In this document: piece after piece, positions 38,352-47,754 of the stretch
Layout: the number at the start of each line of letters is the position of its first letter
Position numbering within the stretch: position 1 is the first letter of the stretch
Source: an uncultured Acidobacteriaceae bacterium
Lineage (GTDB): Bacteria > Acidobacteriota > Terriglobia > Terriglobales > Acidobacteriaceae
DNA: 64,000 nucleotides
Assembly: GCA_963832235.1 (NCBI GenBank)
Contig: CAWHTJ010000001.1
Span: 159,870 to 223,869, forward strand
Direction of reading: 5' to 3'
Made by a program: the position numbers and the translations under genes
The notes under the pieces: generated by a model
The model's input: only the letters and a program-made list of their open reading frames with translations
What the model was told of the DNA's origin: nothing
Database searches by the model: none

Positions 38352-39564
38352 GTGACCCCGACCGCAATTACGCCCACGACCCCGGAGCAGCGCTCTAAAT
38401 GTGCCTGTACCCTGGCCGAGGTGCGCCCCGGCGTCCCCATCTCGCGCGAGGCCGCCCTGCACTTCATCCGCTGCCCCGACGACGATTTTCCCGAACTCCT
38501 CGCCGCCGCGCGCGCGGCCAAAGAACGCTTCAAGCCCGGCGTCATCACCTACTCGCGCAAAGTCTTCCTGCCGCTGACCAATCTCTGCCGCGACTATTGC
38601 GGATACTGCACTTTCCGCCGAGATCCCGGCGACCCCGGCGCACACACGATGGCTCCCGACGAAGTTCTCGCAGTCGCCCGCGCCGGAGAAAAACTGGGAT
38701 GCACCGAAGCCCTCTTCTCTTTAGGAGACAAGCCCGAACTGCTCTTTCCCGAGATGCGCGAGGCTTTGCGCCACCTCGGATACAAGTCCACGCTGCACTA
38801 TCTGGAAGCCATGTGCGAACTCGTGCTGCGTGAGACCACTCTGCTCCCGCACCCAAACCCAGGCCTCCTCAGCGCGGAATGGATCGCGCGACTGGGCGCC
38901 GTCTCCCCCAGCATGGGGCTGATGCTCGAAACCACAAATTCAGCCTTGCTCGCTCCCGGCGCGGCTCACGACAACGCTCCCGACAAAGTTCCGGCCAAGC
39001 GCCTGCGCACCATAGAAGAAGCGGGCAAGCAGAATGTGCCGTTCACGACCGGCTTGCTAATCGGAATCGGCGAGTCTGCTAGAGGACCGTGTCGACACGC
39101 TGCTCGCAATCCGCGATTTGCACGACCGCTACGGCCACATCCAGGAAGTAATCGTGCAAAACTTCCGCGTCAAGCCGGCGATTCCCATGGCCCACTGGTC
39201 CGAGCCTACCCGCGGGGAGATGCTGCGCGCCGTGGCGGTAGCTCGCTTGTTACTCCCTAACGTGAATATTCAGGCTCCGCCCAATCTCTCCGCGCCTTAC
39301 TATGAAGAGTTAGTGGACGCGGGCATCAACGATTGGGGAGGAATTTCGCCGCTGACCCCCGACTACATCAATCCGGAAAAGCCCTGGCCGCACCTGGAGC
39401 AACTGCGCCTGCGCACCGAAGCCAGGGGATTTGCCTTGCACCAGCGTCTGCCGGTATATCCGGAATTTATTTCTGCCGTAACGGCCAAGCCCGGACTCCT
39501 GTCAGAAAAAGTGCGCGCCGCGGCCACCGATCAAGGCTTGGCAAAAATAAAGAGGGCGGCATGA
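38352..39564 (+). pseudogene. cofG: FO synthase subunit CofG (radical SAM), +1 frameshift near 39081
   Basis: CRDYCGYC radical-SAM motif. GLLIGIGES in frame 0 continues as EDRVDTLLAIRDLHDRYGHIQEVIVQNF in frame 1. Putative GTG start at 38352. Stop overlaps the cofD ATG (ATGA). Confidence 0.85.
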
Positions 39565-40552
39565 TTTGCGTCCTCAGCGGCGGCACCGGCGGCGCCAAGT
39601 TTATCGATGGGCTCCAGCAGGTCATGCCCGCCCAGGAAATCACCGTGGTCGTCAACACCGGCGATGACTTGCTCTGGTGGGGGCTTTACGTCTCCCCCGA
39701 CATCGACTCCATCACCTACGTGCTCTCCGGCATGCTCAGCCGCGAACGTGGATGGGGCGTGAAAGGCGACACCTTCCTCTGCCTGCAGGCCATGGGACAA
39801 CTCGGCGAGCCCACGTGGTTCCACACCGGCGACCGCGACCTGGCCATGCACCTGCTGCGTTCGCGTCTGCTGGCCGAGGGCAAGACACTCTCCGATGCTA
39901 CCGCCGTCATCTCCGAAAAACTCGGCGTGAAGGCCCGCGTTCTCCCCATGAGCGACTCGCGCGTCGAAACCCGCGTCGATACCCGGCCGGCGAGTTGAGC
40001 TTTGAAGAGTATTTCGTGCAGCGCTGGTATCAGGACCCGGTGAACTCGGTGCGCTTCGCCGGCGCATCCGACGCTGAACCGGCCCCAGGTGTGATCGACG
40101 CTATCGTCTCTGCCGAGGCAGTGATTATCGCCCCCAGCAATCCCATCACCAGCATCGGTCCGATTCTGGCGGTGCCTGGCATTCGCGAAGCGCTGCTGCG
40201 GTGTCACGGAAAAGTTGCCGCCATCAGCCCGATCGTCGGCAACGCTCCTGTCGCGGGTCCGGCGGGAATTCTCATGGCCGCGCAGGGATTGCCCTGCTCG
40301 ATCGTCGGCGTCGCGCACGCGTACGAGGAATTCATCGACGTCCTGGTCTGCGACAATCGCGACAACCGCGCCGCCGAACTGCTCCGCGCCAACGGCTTGG
40401 GCGTCAAGTGCACGCAGACCATCATGCGCACCGCCGAAGACAAGGCGGCCCTCGCCCGCGAAGTGCTCGCGTTCGTTTCGAAAGCTCCGGGGACCCGCGA
40501 TGAGCCGAGGGCCCGTGGCGCCGCCTTTCGACGTTTGGACCATCAACCGTGA
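39561..40552 (+). pseudogene. cofD: 2-phospho-L-lactate transferase CofD, -1 frameshift near 39984-39989
   Basis: MICVLSGGTGGAKFIDGL... in frame 0 continues as GELSFEEYFVQRWYQDP...IAPSNPITSIGPIL in frame 2. Confidence 0.85.
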
Positions 40553-41221
40553 TTCTCATCCCCGTCAAGAACCTGTCTTCAGCCAAGCAGCGTTTGGCTG
40601 CGGTTCTCGATCAACCCTCCCGCACAGCGCTGGCGCAGGCCATGCTGCATGACGTACTGGCCGCCCTGCACGGCTGGAAAAATCGTCCGCCGGTTGCGGT
40701 CGTCACCAGCGATCCATATGCGATAAAGCTGGCCACCGAATATCAGTTCGAAATCATCCCCGACCCCGCCAATCCGGGAGAAACCGGAGCCATCGAGATG
40801 GCCACCAACATCTGCGTCGGGCGTGGAGTCGATAGCACACTGGTGATCCCGGCCGACATTCCGCTGATTCAAGCGTGGGAGCTCGAAGAAATTCTGAAGC
40901 ACGCCCCCGCCGAAGGCAGCGTCCTGGTCCCCGCCGCCGACGGACGCGGCACCAACGCCGCCTTCCGCCGTCCCGCAAATCTGTTCCCCCTGCGCTTCGG
41001 CAACGACAGCTTCAAACCGCATCACGCCGCCGCGCAAGCCACCGGCAAACCGTGCGTAGTGCTGAATCTCCCGGGAATTGCCGTAGACGTAGACAATCCC
41101 GTCGGATCTGCAAGAACTCGCATCGCTCCCCGGGGAAACCCGCGCCCAACGCCTAGCCCGCAAATACGCCCACGTAGCGACAGCCACCTCGGCTGTCCAG
41201 CCGCGCAGCGGCGAGATATGA
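40549..41221 (+). pseudogene. cofC: Guanylyltransferase CofC/FbiD, +1 frameshift near 41104
   Basis: MILIPVKNLSSAKQRLAAVL... GTG start overlapping the cofD stop (GTGA). After VDVDNPV the conserved DLQELASLPGETRAQRLARKY continues in frame 2. Confidence 0.8.
41174..41198 (+). repeat. REP family 2 hairpin (inside the 3' end of cofC)
   Basis: GTAGCGACAGCCACCTCGGCTGTCC. Confidence 0.7.
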
Positions 41222-41248
41222 AAGCTCAGCATTGTCGATCGATAATCG

Positions 41249-42142
41249 ATGTCTTATGAGCAAGCCCGCTGCAGCACAGAAGAAACCAGCCGCGAAGCGG
41301 CGCAAGGATTCAGCCCACGGCGCCAGCCGTGGGTTAGCGGTCCAAGAAATGCCAGCCCCGAAGAGGCGAAAGAAAATCCCGCCGCGACCTCCGATGAACT
41401 TCGCCTGATCCCAATCCCACTCGCCGACGAAATCCGCCCCGGCGACTCCCTCGCCGACAAACTCCTCGCATCCCTCCGCCGGCGCCGCCTCGCTTCCAAC
41501 CCGGCGACATCCTGATCGTGAAACACAAAATCGTCTCCAAATCCGAAGGCCGCCTGGTCGATCTGGCCACGATCAGTCCCTCCGCTGAATCGATCGCATG
41601 GGCGAAACAATACGAGCTCGACGCCCGGGTCATCGAGTTGGCTCTGCGCGAGAGCCGCGCCATCATCCGCCGCAAGAACGGCGTGCTCATCACCGAGACC
41701 CACCACGGCTTCCTCTGCGCCAACAGCGGCGTTGACGTCTCCAACGTCAACGGAGGCAGTCACGCGCTGCTGCTCCCCGAAGATCCAGACCGCTCCGCCG
41801 CCAACCTTCGCCGCGCCCTCAAGAAGCAGAACCGGCCTCGCCATCCCCGTCATCATCACCGACAGTTTTGGCCGTCCCTGGCGCGAAGGCCTGACGGAGT
41901 TCGCCATCGGCATCGCCGGAATGAAGCCGCTGCGCGACGACCGCGGCCGCCGCGACTCCCACGGCTACAAACTGCGCGCCAGCATCGAAGCCGTCGCGGA
42001 CGAACTGGCCTGCGCCGCCGGCCTCGTCTGCGGCAAACTCAACCGCGCCCCCGCCTGCATCGTCCGCGGATTCCGCTACGAATCCGGCCCGGGAAAAGTC
42101 AGCGACCTGCTTCGCCCCGCATCCACCGACCTATTCCGCTAA
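41249..42142 (+). pseudogene. cofE: F420-0:gamma-glutamyl ligase CofE, two frameshifts (-1 near 41493, +1 near 41830)
   Basis: ELRLIPIPLADEIRPGD (frame 2) > FQPGDILIVKHKIVSKSEGR...ANSGVDVSNV (frame 1) > TGLAIPVIITDSFGRPWREG...CIVRG (frame 2). True start is uncertain. Confidence 0.8.
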
Positions 42143-42157
42143 AACTTCCGCTACACT

Positions 42158-42239
42158 GTAGAGACGTTGCTTGCAACGTCTCTTGCCGGCGCCGGCAGTC
42201 GCGACGTGGTGAGAGAGACGTAGCAAGCTACGTCTCTAC
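42158..42239. repeat. REP family 1 doublet, copy F
   Basis: GTAGAGACGTTGCTTGCAACGTCTC...GAGACGTAGCAAGCTACGTCTCTAC, between cofE and cofH. Confidence 0.9.
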
Positions 42240-42353
42240 GGAGAGTGTCATGCCGCGAACTCACGCCTTCGGAACTGGAAGCTTTTCCTTCGCTCGAATG
42301 GTCTCGACGTTGCGCCGCGCCTGACTCCCGCGCTGCGGTCTTCGTTAGAAAAG

Positions 42354-43482
42354 GTGCTCGAAACACAGAACGGCGCCGACTTGTCGTTGGAAGAGTCCTA
42401 CGCGCTGGCCAACTCCGAAGGCGACGATCTGCTCGGCCTGTTGGTCGCCGCCAACCTGCTGCGCGCCGAACTCGCCGGCAACATCGTCACCTACGTGGTC
42501 AACCGCAACATCAATTTCACCAACATCTGTTTCGTGGGATGCAAATTCTGCGCCTTCAGCCGCGGCCCGCGCGAGTCCGACACTTACTTCCTCACACTCG
42601 ATCAGATGGCGCAAAAAGCGGTGGAAGCCTGGCAACTCGGCGCCACCGAAGTCTGCATCCAGGGCGGCCTGCCCCACGATCTTCCCAAGTTCCACTATCG
42701 CGACATTCTCCGCGCCATCAAGAACGCCGTCCCGCGCATGCACATCCACGCCTTCTCGCCGATGGAAATCGTCTACGGCGTGGAACTCACCGGCATGCCG
42801 CTCGCCGACTACCTTTCCATGCTGCGCGACAACGGACTGGGAACGCTTCCCGGCACCGCCGCCGAAATTCTCGACGACGAGATTCGCCACATCCTGTCCG
42901 CCAACAAACTTTCCACCGCACAATGGGTCGAGGTGATCCGCACCGCGCATCGCTGCGGCATTCGCACCACTTCGACGCTGATGTACGGACACACCGAAAC
43001 TCCCGCGCACTGGGTCCGCCAGATGCGGCTGCTGCGGCGAGATTCAATCCGAGACCGGAGGCTTCACCGAATTCGTTCCTCTCGGCTTCGTCCATCAGAA
43101 CACGCTGCTCTTTCATCAGGGTCTGGCGCGCACCGGCCCAACGCTGGCCGAGCATCTCAAAGTTCACGCGCTGGCCCGCCTGCTGCTCGCCGGATCGATC
43201 AACAATATTCAGGTTTCGTGGGTAAAGCTGAATCGCCGCCTCTCGCAGCTCTGCCTGCACGCCGGCGCCAACGACTACGGCGGCACTTTGATGGAAGAGA
43301 ATATTTCCCGCGAAGCCGGAGCGACCGCAGGCCAGTACACCAGCCCGGAAGATTTTCAATCGCTGATTCTCGAAATGGGTCGCATCCCCGCCGAGCGCAA
43401 CACAACTTACTCCCGCATCCACATCAAAGTGCCGCTCAACGAATGCATCGCCGAACAGTCGTTCGAGGCGGAATTCGCATGA
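42354..43482 (+). pseudogene. cofH: FO synthase subunit CofH (radical SAM), +1 frameshift near 43038
   Basis: NICFVGCKFCAF radical-SAM motif. MYGHTETPAHWVRQMRLLR (frame 0) continues as EIQSETGGFTEFVPLGF...GANDYGGTLMEENIS (frame 1). The N-terminal boundary (GTG at 42354) is uncertain. Confidence 0.85.
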
Positions 43483-44181
43483 ACTCCAGTCTCGAAGGCG
43501 GCCGTCCGATCGCAGTCATCGGCGGCACCGGCCCCGCCGGCATGGGACTCGCCCTGCGCTGGGCGCGCGCCGGAGAAACCATCATCATCGGCTCGCGCGA
43601 CGAGAAGCGCGCGCAACAGGCCGCCGCATCCATCCAGCAAAGAATTGGAGGCGAGGCCAAAATATCGGGCATGGAAAACAGCGCCGCCTGCGCCGCCGCC
43701 GACATCCTGATGCTGACCGTTCCCTTCGAAGGTCAAGCCTCGCTTCTCAAGAAACTCAAGTCCGTCGATCACCGAGGGCAGCATTCTCATTGACGCCACC
43801 GTGCCCCTGGCTGTCGGCGTCGGCGGACGCGCCTCGCGCACTCTCGGCGTCTGGCAAGGCTCCGCCGCCCAGCAGGCCGCCGAACTCGTGCCCGATGGAG
43901 TGAGCGTGGTCGCCGCCTTCCACAACGTTTCCGCCGAACTGCTCGGCACCGACACTCCGCTGGACTGCGACGTCGTCGTCTGCAGCGACGATCCCGATGC
44001 TGGGCAACTCACCCGCGAACTGGCGGCAAAGATTCCCGGCGTCCGCGGCATCGACGGCGGCAAACTCGAAAACGCACGCATCGTTGAGCAGATCACCGCC
44101 TTGCTCATCGGCATGAACTTCCGCCACAAAGGCCACGCCGGAATCCGCATCACCGGCCTGCCACCTGACGCTTACCGCTGA
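43479..44181 (+). pseudogene. fno: NADPH-dependent F420 reductase (Fno/NpdG), +1 frameshift near 43770
   Basis: IAVIGGTGPAGMGLALRWARAGETIIIGSR (frame 0) continues as TEGSILIDATVPL...VVCSDDPDAG...GKLENARIVEQ (frame 1). ATG overlaps the cofH stop (ATGA). Confidence 0.8.
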
Positions 44182-44208
44182 GCCCATTCACTTCCAGGAG
44201 CGCTTCTT

Positions 44209-45777
44209 TTGAGCGAGAAAAGCCGCGAGAACGTTCACGAGAATGAGAACCTCGACGCAGGCTTGCAGTATCACAGCGGCACCAAGCATTCCTATCAAAG
44301 CCTGCGCATGCATCCGCACTTCCTTGACTGGGAGAACAAGCCTCTCCTATTCAAAATTTATCCCACGCTTGAAGTCACGCGCCTTCCCCGGGATTTCCAT
44401 GAAACCGACCGCGCCGCGCTTTCCGCGATTGCCGACTCCGGTGCTCCGGCGCAAGCCGAAGCCATCCCCGATCTCGAAACTCTGGCGCAGTTGCTGTTTT
44501 TCTCCGCCGGCGTCATCCGCAGCAAGAAACATCCGCAGGGAGAAACTTTTTTTCGCGCCGCCGCCTGTACCGGCGCGCTTTACGAAATCGAACTCTACGT
44601 CGTTTGCACCGATCTTCCGGGCAGAGCCGTGCCCGGCGTGAAGAATCCTCCAGGACTTGCGGCCGGCGTCTACCATTTCGGCGCGGCCGAGTTCGGTTTG
44701 CGCCAACTCCGCTCCGGCGATTTCCGCCAGGCGCTTGTCGACGCCACTGGCGGCGACGCATCTGTGGCCCACGCTCCCGTCACGATCATCTGCACCGGCA
44801 CCTATTGGCGCAACGCATGGAAATATCACTCCCGCACCTACCGCCATTTCGGCTGGGATAATGGCACCATTCTCGCCAATCTTCTCGCCATGTCCGCCGC
44901 CTCAAATCTTCCCGCGAAGGTCGTCGCCGGTTTCGTCGATTCTCAGGTGAACGCCCTGCTCGGACTCGACACCAATCGCGAAGTCGCATTCTCCCTGGTC
45001 CCCATTGGCTACGCACAATCGCCGCCATCCAGTTCGCCTCCAATTGCCCCGCTTGAGTTGCCGGTCGTTCCCTACTCCGAGTCGGAAGTCGAATATCCCG
45101 CCATGCGCAAAATGCACGAAGCTTCCTCGCTCGATTCCGCGGCCGAGGTAGATGCCTGGCGCGGCAAGACACCGTCGCACGAGCTTCCCGCCCCGAAGGG
45201 AACTATCACCGCGCTGCAGCCGCTCGACGACTCCGCCATTCCTTCCGACTCCATCGAGCAGGTAATTTCGCGCCGCGGCTCTGCCCGAAAATTCGCGCGC
45301 GATCCCCTCACTCTGCCCCAGCTTTCCACGATCCTCGACCGCGCCACGCGTGGAATTTCCGCCGACTTTCTCGATCCCGTTGGAAGCCATCTGAACGATC
45401 TGTATCTGATCGTGAACAACGTGCTGGGCCTCACCCCCGGAGCCTACGTTTACCACTGGGAGCAAAAGCTACTCGAACTGCTAAAGCCCGGAGACTTCCG
45501 CGACAAAGCCGGCTACCTGGGACTCGAACAACAACTCCCTGCCGATGCCGCCGTCGACGTATTTTTCCTCGCAGACTTGAAGAGAATTCTGCAGCGCTAC
45601 GGAAACCGCGGATATCGCGCCGTACAACTGGAAGCCGGCATTCTCGGCGGCAAACTCTATCTCGCCGCTTACGCGCAGCGCCTGGGCGCCACCGGCCTGA
45701 CCTTCTATGACGACGACGTAGCCAGTTTTTTTCTCCCCACGCCCGCGGGAAAAGCGCGATCTTCCTCGTCGCCCTAG
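44209..45777 (+). CDS. SagB/ThcOx-type (nitroreductase-fold) two-domain dehydrogenase
   Basis: TTG start. LQYHSGTKHSY...FLDWENKPLLFKIYP N-terminus typical of SagB-type proteins, then two nitroreductase-like halves. The C-terminus may continue in another frame to 45800 (T7 run at 45726-45732). Confidence 0.7.
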   Translation: MSEKSRENVHENENLDAGLQYHSGTKHSYQSLRMHPHFLDWENKPLLFKIYPTLEVTRLPRDFHETDRAALSAIADSGAPAQAEAIPDLETLAQLLFFSAGVIRSKKHPQGETFFRAAACTGALYEIELYVVCTDLPGRAVPGVKNPPGLAAGVYHFGAAEFGLRQLRSGDFRQALVDATGGDASVAHAPVTIICTGTYWRNAWKYHSRTYRHFGWDNGTILANLLAMSAASNLPAKVVAGFVDSQVNALLGLDTNREVAFSLVPIGYAQSPPSSSPPIAPLELPVVPYSESEVEYPAMRKMHEASSLDSAAEVDAWRGKTPSHELPAPKGTITALQPLDDSAIPSDSIEQVISRRGSARKFARDPLTLPQLSTILDRATRGISADFLDPVGSHLNDLYLIVNNVLGLTPGAYVYHWEQKLLELLKPGDFRDKAGYLGLEQQLPADAAVDVFFLADLKRILQRYGNRGYRAVQLEAGILGGKLYLAAYAQRLGATGLTFYDDDVASFFLPTPAGKARSSSSP

Positions 45778-45865
45778 GCCGCAGCGCGGCTCGCAAGTAA
45801 GGCTTCCGGCTCTCGGCTTCCGGCTTCCGGAACACGCACGATTGGAGACGCTCAAGACTGTTTGT

Positions 45866-46004
45866 TAGGGCACGACCCCGGAAGGCCGCGAGAAAGTCAC
45901 AAATGCGTGTTTCGTCGTGGACAAATGCGTGCTTCGTCGTGGAAGAGCGGCCCTTTCAGGGCCGCGTAAGGCACCCACGATCACGCGGGCTTTAGCCCCT
46001 GTGG
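45866..46004 (+). repeat. ~135-bp intergenic repeat (family 4), with an internal 22-bp tandem duplication at 45899-45942
   Basis: ACAAATGCGTGTTTCGTCGTGG followed by ACAAATGCGTGCTTCGTCGTGG, then AAGAGCGGCCCTTTCAGGGCCGCGTAAGG...GCGGGCTTTAGCCCCTGTGG. Confidence 0.8.
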
Positions 46005-46079
46005 AACTTGCATTTGAATCAAGCTCACTTCCTACCAGACAAACCCGGAAGGCGAACGCCGGAAGCCCGAAGCCTCTTT

Positions 46080-47484
46080 TTACTCTTCCGCCACCGGTCC
46101 CGTCATCTCTTCCGCCGGCTCTCCGCCTGCCATCGCCTGCGCAATGATCAGCTTCCGCGCTTCCACCCGAATCTTCGGCAGCTGCACGCTAAACCACCAC
46201 GCTCCCAGCACCGAGGCCAGCCCGCCAATCGCGACCGTCAGCGGTGCGCCCAGCCGATCCGACAACGCGCCACCCAGCAGCGCTCCAATCGGCGCCATTC
46301 CCATGAACATCATCGAATAGACCGCCATGGTCCGGCCACGCAAGGCGTCGGGCACCATCACTTGAATCAGCGTATTCGACGAGGCCATCTGCAACATGAT
46401 GAAATATCCTACCGGCATCAGCAGCAACACAGAGAGCCAGAACGATCTTCGAAAACGAAAACAGCATCAGGCTCACTCCGAACCCCGCGCAGCATACCGA
46501 TACCCACGTTCCCAAGCCCTTCACTCCCGAGCGCACAGCCAAAGTAAGCGCCCCCAAAAGCGCTCCCACGCCCGCTGCGCCCATCAGGATTCCCAGCCGC
46601 ACCGCTCCCAAATCGTGCGATCCGATCAGCGAAGCGAACTCCTGTCCGCCGCCGCGCAAAATCTTGTCGGCAAAAATCGGCATCAGCACCACATATGGCA
46701 TGCCCGTCACGCTCACCAGCCCCAACAGGATCATAAGGGCTCGAATCGGAGCCGTGCGATTCACGAACCGGAATCCTTCGAGCATGTGCTCCCACGGCGA
46801 CGTCTTGGCCGAAACCCGCGCCGGAGCAAGCACATCCATCATCATCAATCCGGCGATGACGGCAATGTAGCTGGCGCCATTCACGAAAAAACACCAGCCT
46901 TCGCCCAGCCTCGCCACCAGGACGCCCGCCACGGCCGGTCCAATCACGCGGGCGCCATTGAACATGGAGGAATTCAGTGCGATGGCATTCATCAAGTCTT
47001 CCTTGCCCACCATGTCCACCAGGAACGACTGGCGCCCGGGAATATCGAACGCATTCACTACCCCCAGCAGCGCCGCCAGCACGAAGATATGCCAGACCCG
47101 CACGGTATGTGTCAGGGTGAGCGCCGCCAGCACGAACGCCAGCAGCATCGACGCGACCTGCGTGCCGATGACTACATGCTTGCGGTTGCTGCGATCCGCG
47201 ACAATTCCGCCGAGAGGAGCAAACAAGAAGACCGGAATCTGGCTGGCAAATCCTACCGCGCCCAACTTCAACCCCGAACCCGTCAGCCGGTAGACAAGCC
47301 ACGACTGCGCCACGGTCTGCATCCAGGTGCCGATCAGGGAAATCAGTTGTCCGCTGAAAAAAAGCTGGAAGTTGCGGTGGCGCAGCGCCCGTCCCGCAGC
47401 CTGCCAGCGCACTCCGCGACTTGCGGGCACAGCTTCGCCGTTGGCAGGTGCGTTTTCTGGAGAGGAAGTCTTCGGCTCAGCCAC
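46080..47484 (-). pseudogene. MFS transporter (EntS/MFS_3-like), +1 frameshift near 46431-46436
   Basis: ...FGVSLMLFSFSKIVLALC in one frame continues as VLLLMPVGYFIMLQMASSNTLIQVMVPDALRGRTMAVY in another. Corrected length is 468 codons. Confidence 0.75.
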
Positions 47485-47754
47485 AGGTCATTTGGAATAA
47501 CGATTCGCCATCCACTGCACTACTATATCGTGAGCGTTCGCGGATGATTGCGAGGTCACCTGTTTGCACTCTTCATCTGCGCCGAAATCCACTTTGTGGT
47601 GCCGTCGGTTCCCGATTCCAATCCGCTAAACCTAGAATTATGAGTGCCTTGGTGAAAGCCAAGAATCTTCTAACTTGGCCCTTCTCTTATTTCCCGCCGT
47701 GCGCTAAAGTAGCGCCTGCGCGTTGGGCGATTCGGCAAAGGATGGACGCCACTT

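Noticed and set aside
37686-39260. 524-aa ORF in the track that would make a very long CofG
   Set aside because: Its first ~220 codons are antisense to the well-supported flavin reductase gene and read straight through the REPIN at 38223-38300 (peptide ...RRSKLRLYS...). Only the part from about 38352 matches CofG.
11216-42239. Possible CRISPR array, suggested by recurring ~25-nt palindromic repeats
   Set aside because: Copies are tens of kb apart or occur as inverted pairs. They are not regularly interspaced direct repeats, and there are no cas genes in the window.
38352-44181. Programmed ribosomal frameshifting or transcriptional slippage as the explanation for the F420 gene shifts
   Set aside because: The shift sites share no slippery heptamer or common motif. 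Both +1 and -1 directions occur, cofE alone would need two opposite events, and there is no obvious downstream stimulatory structure. Kept only as a remote alternative.
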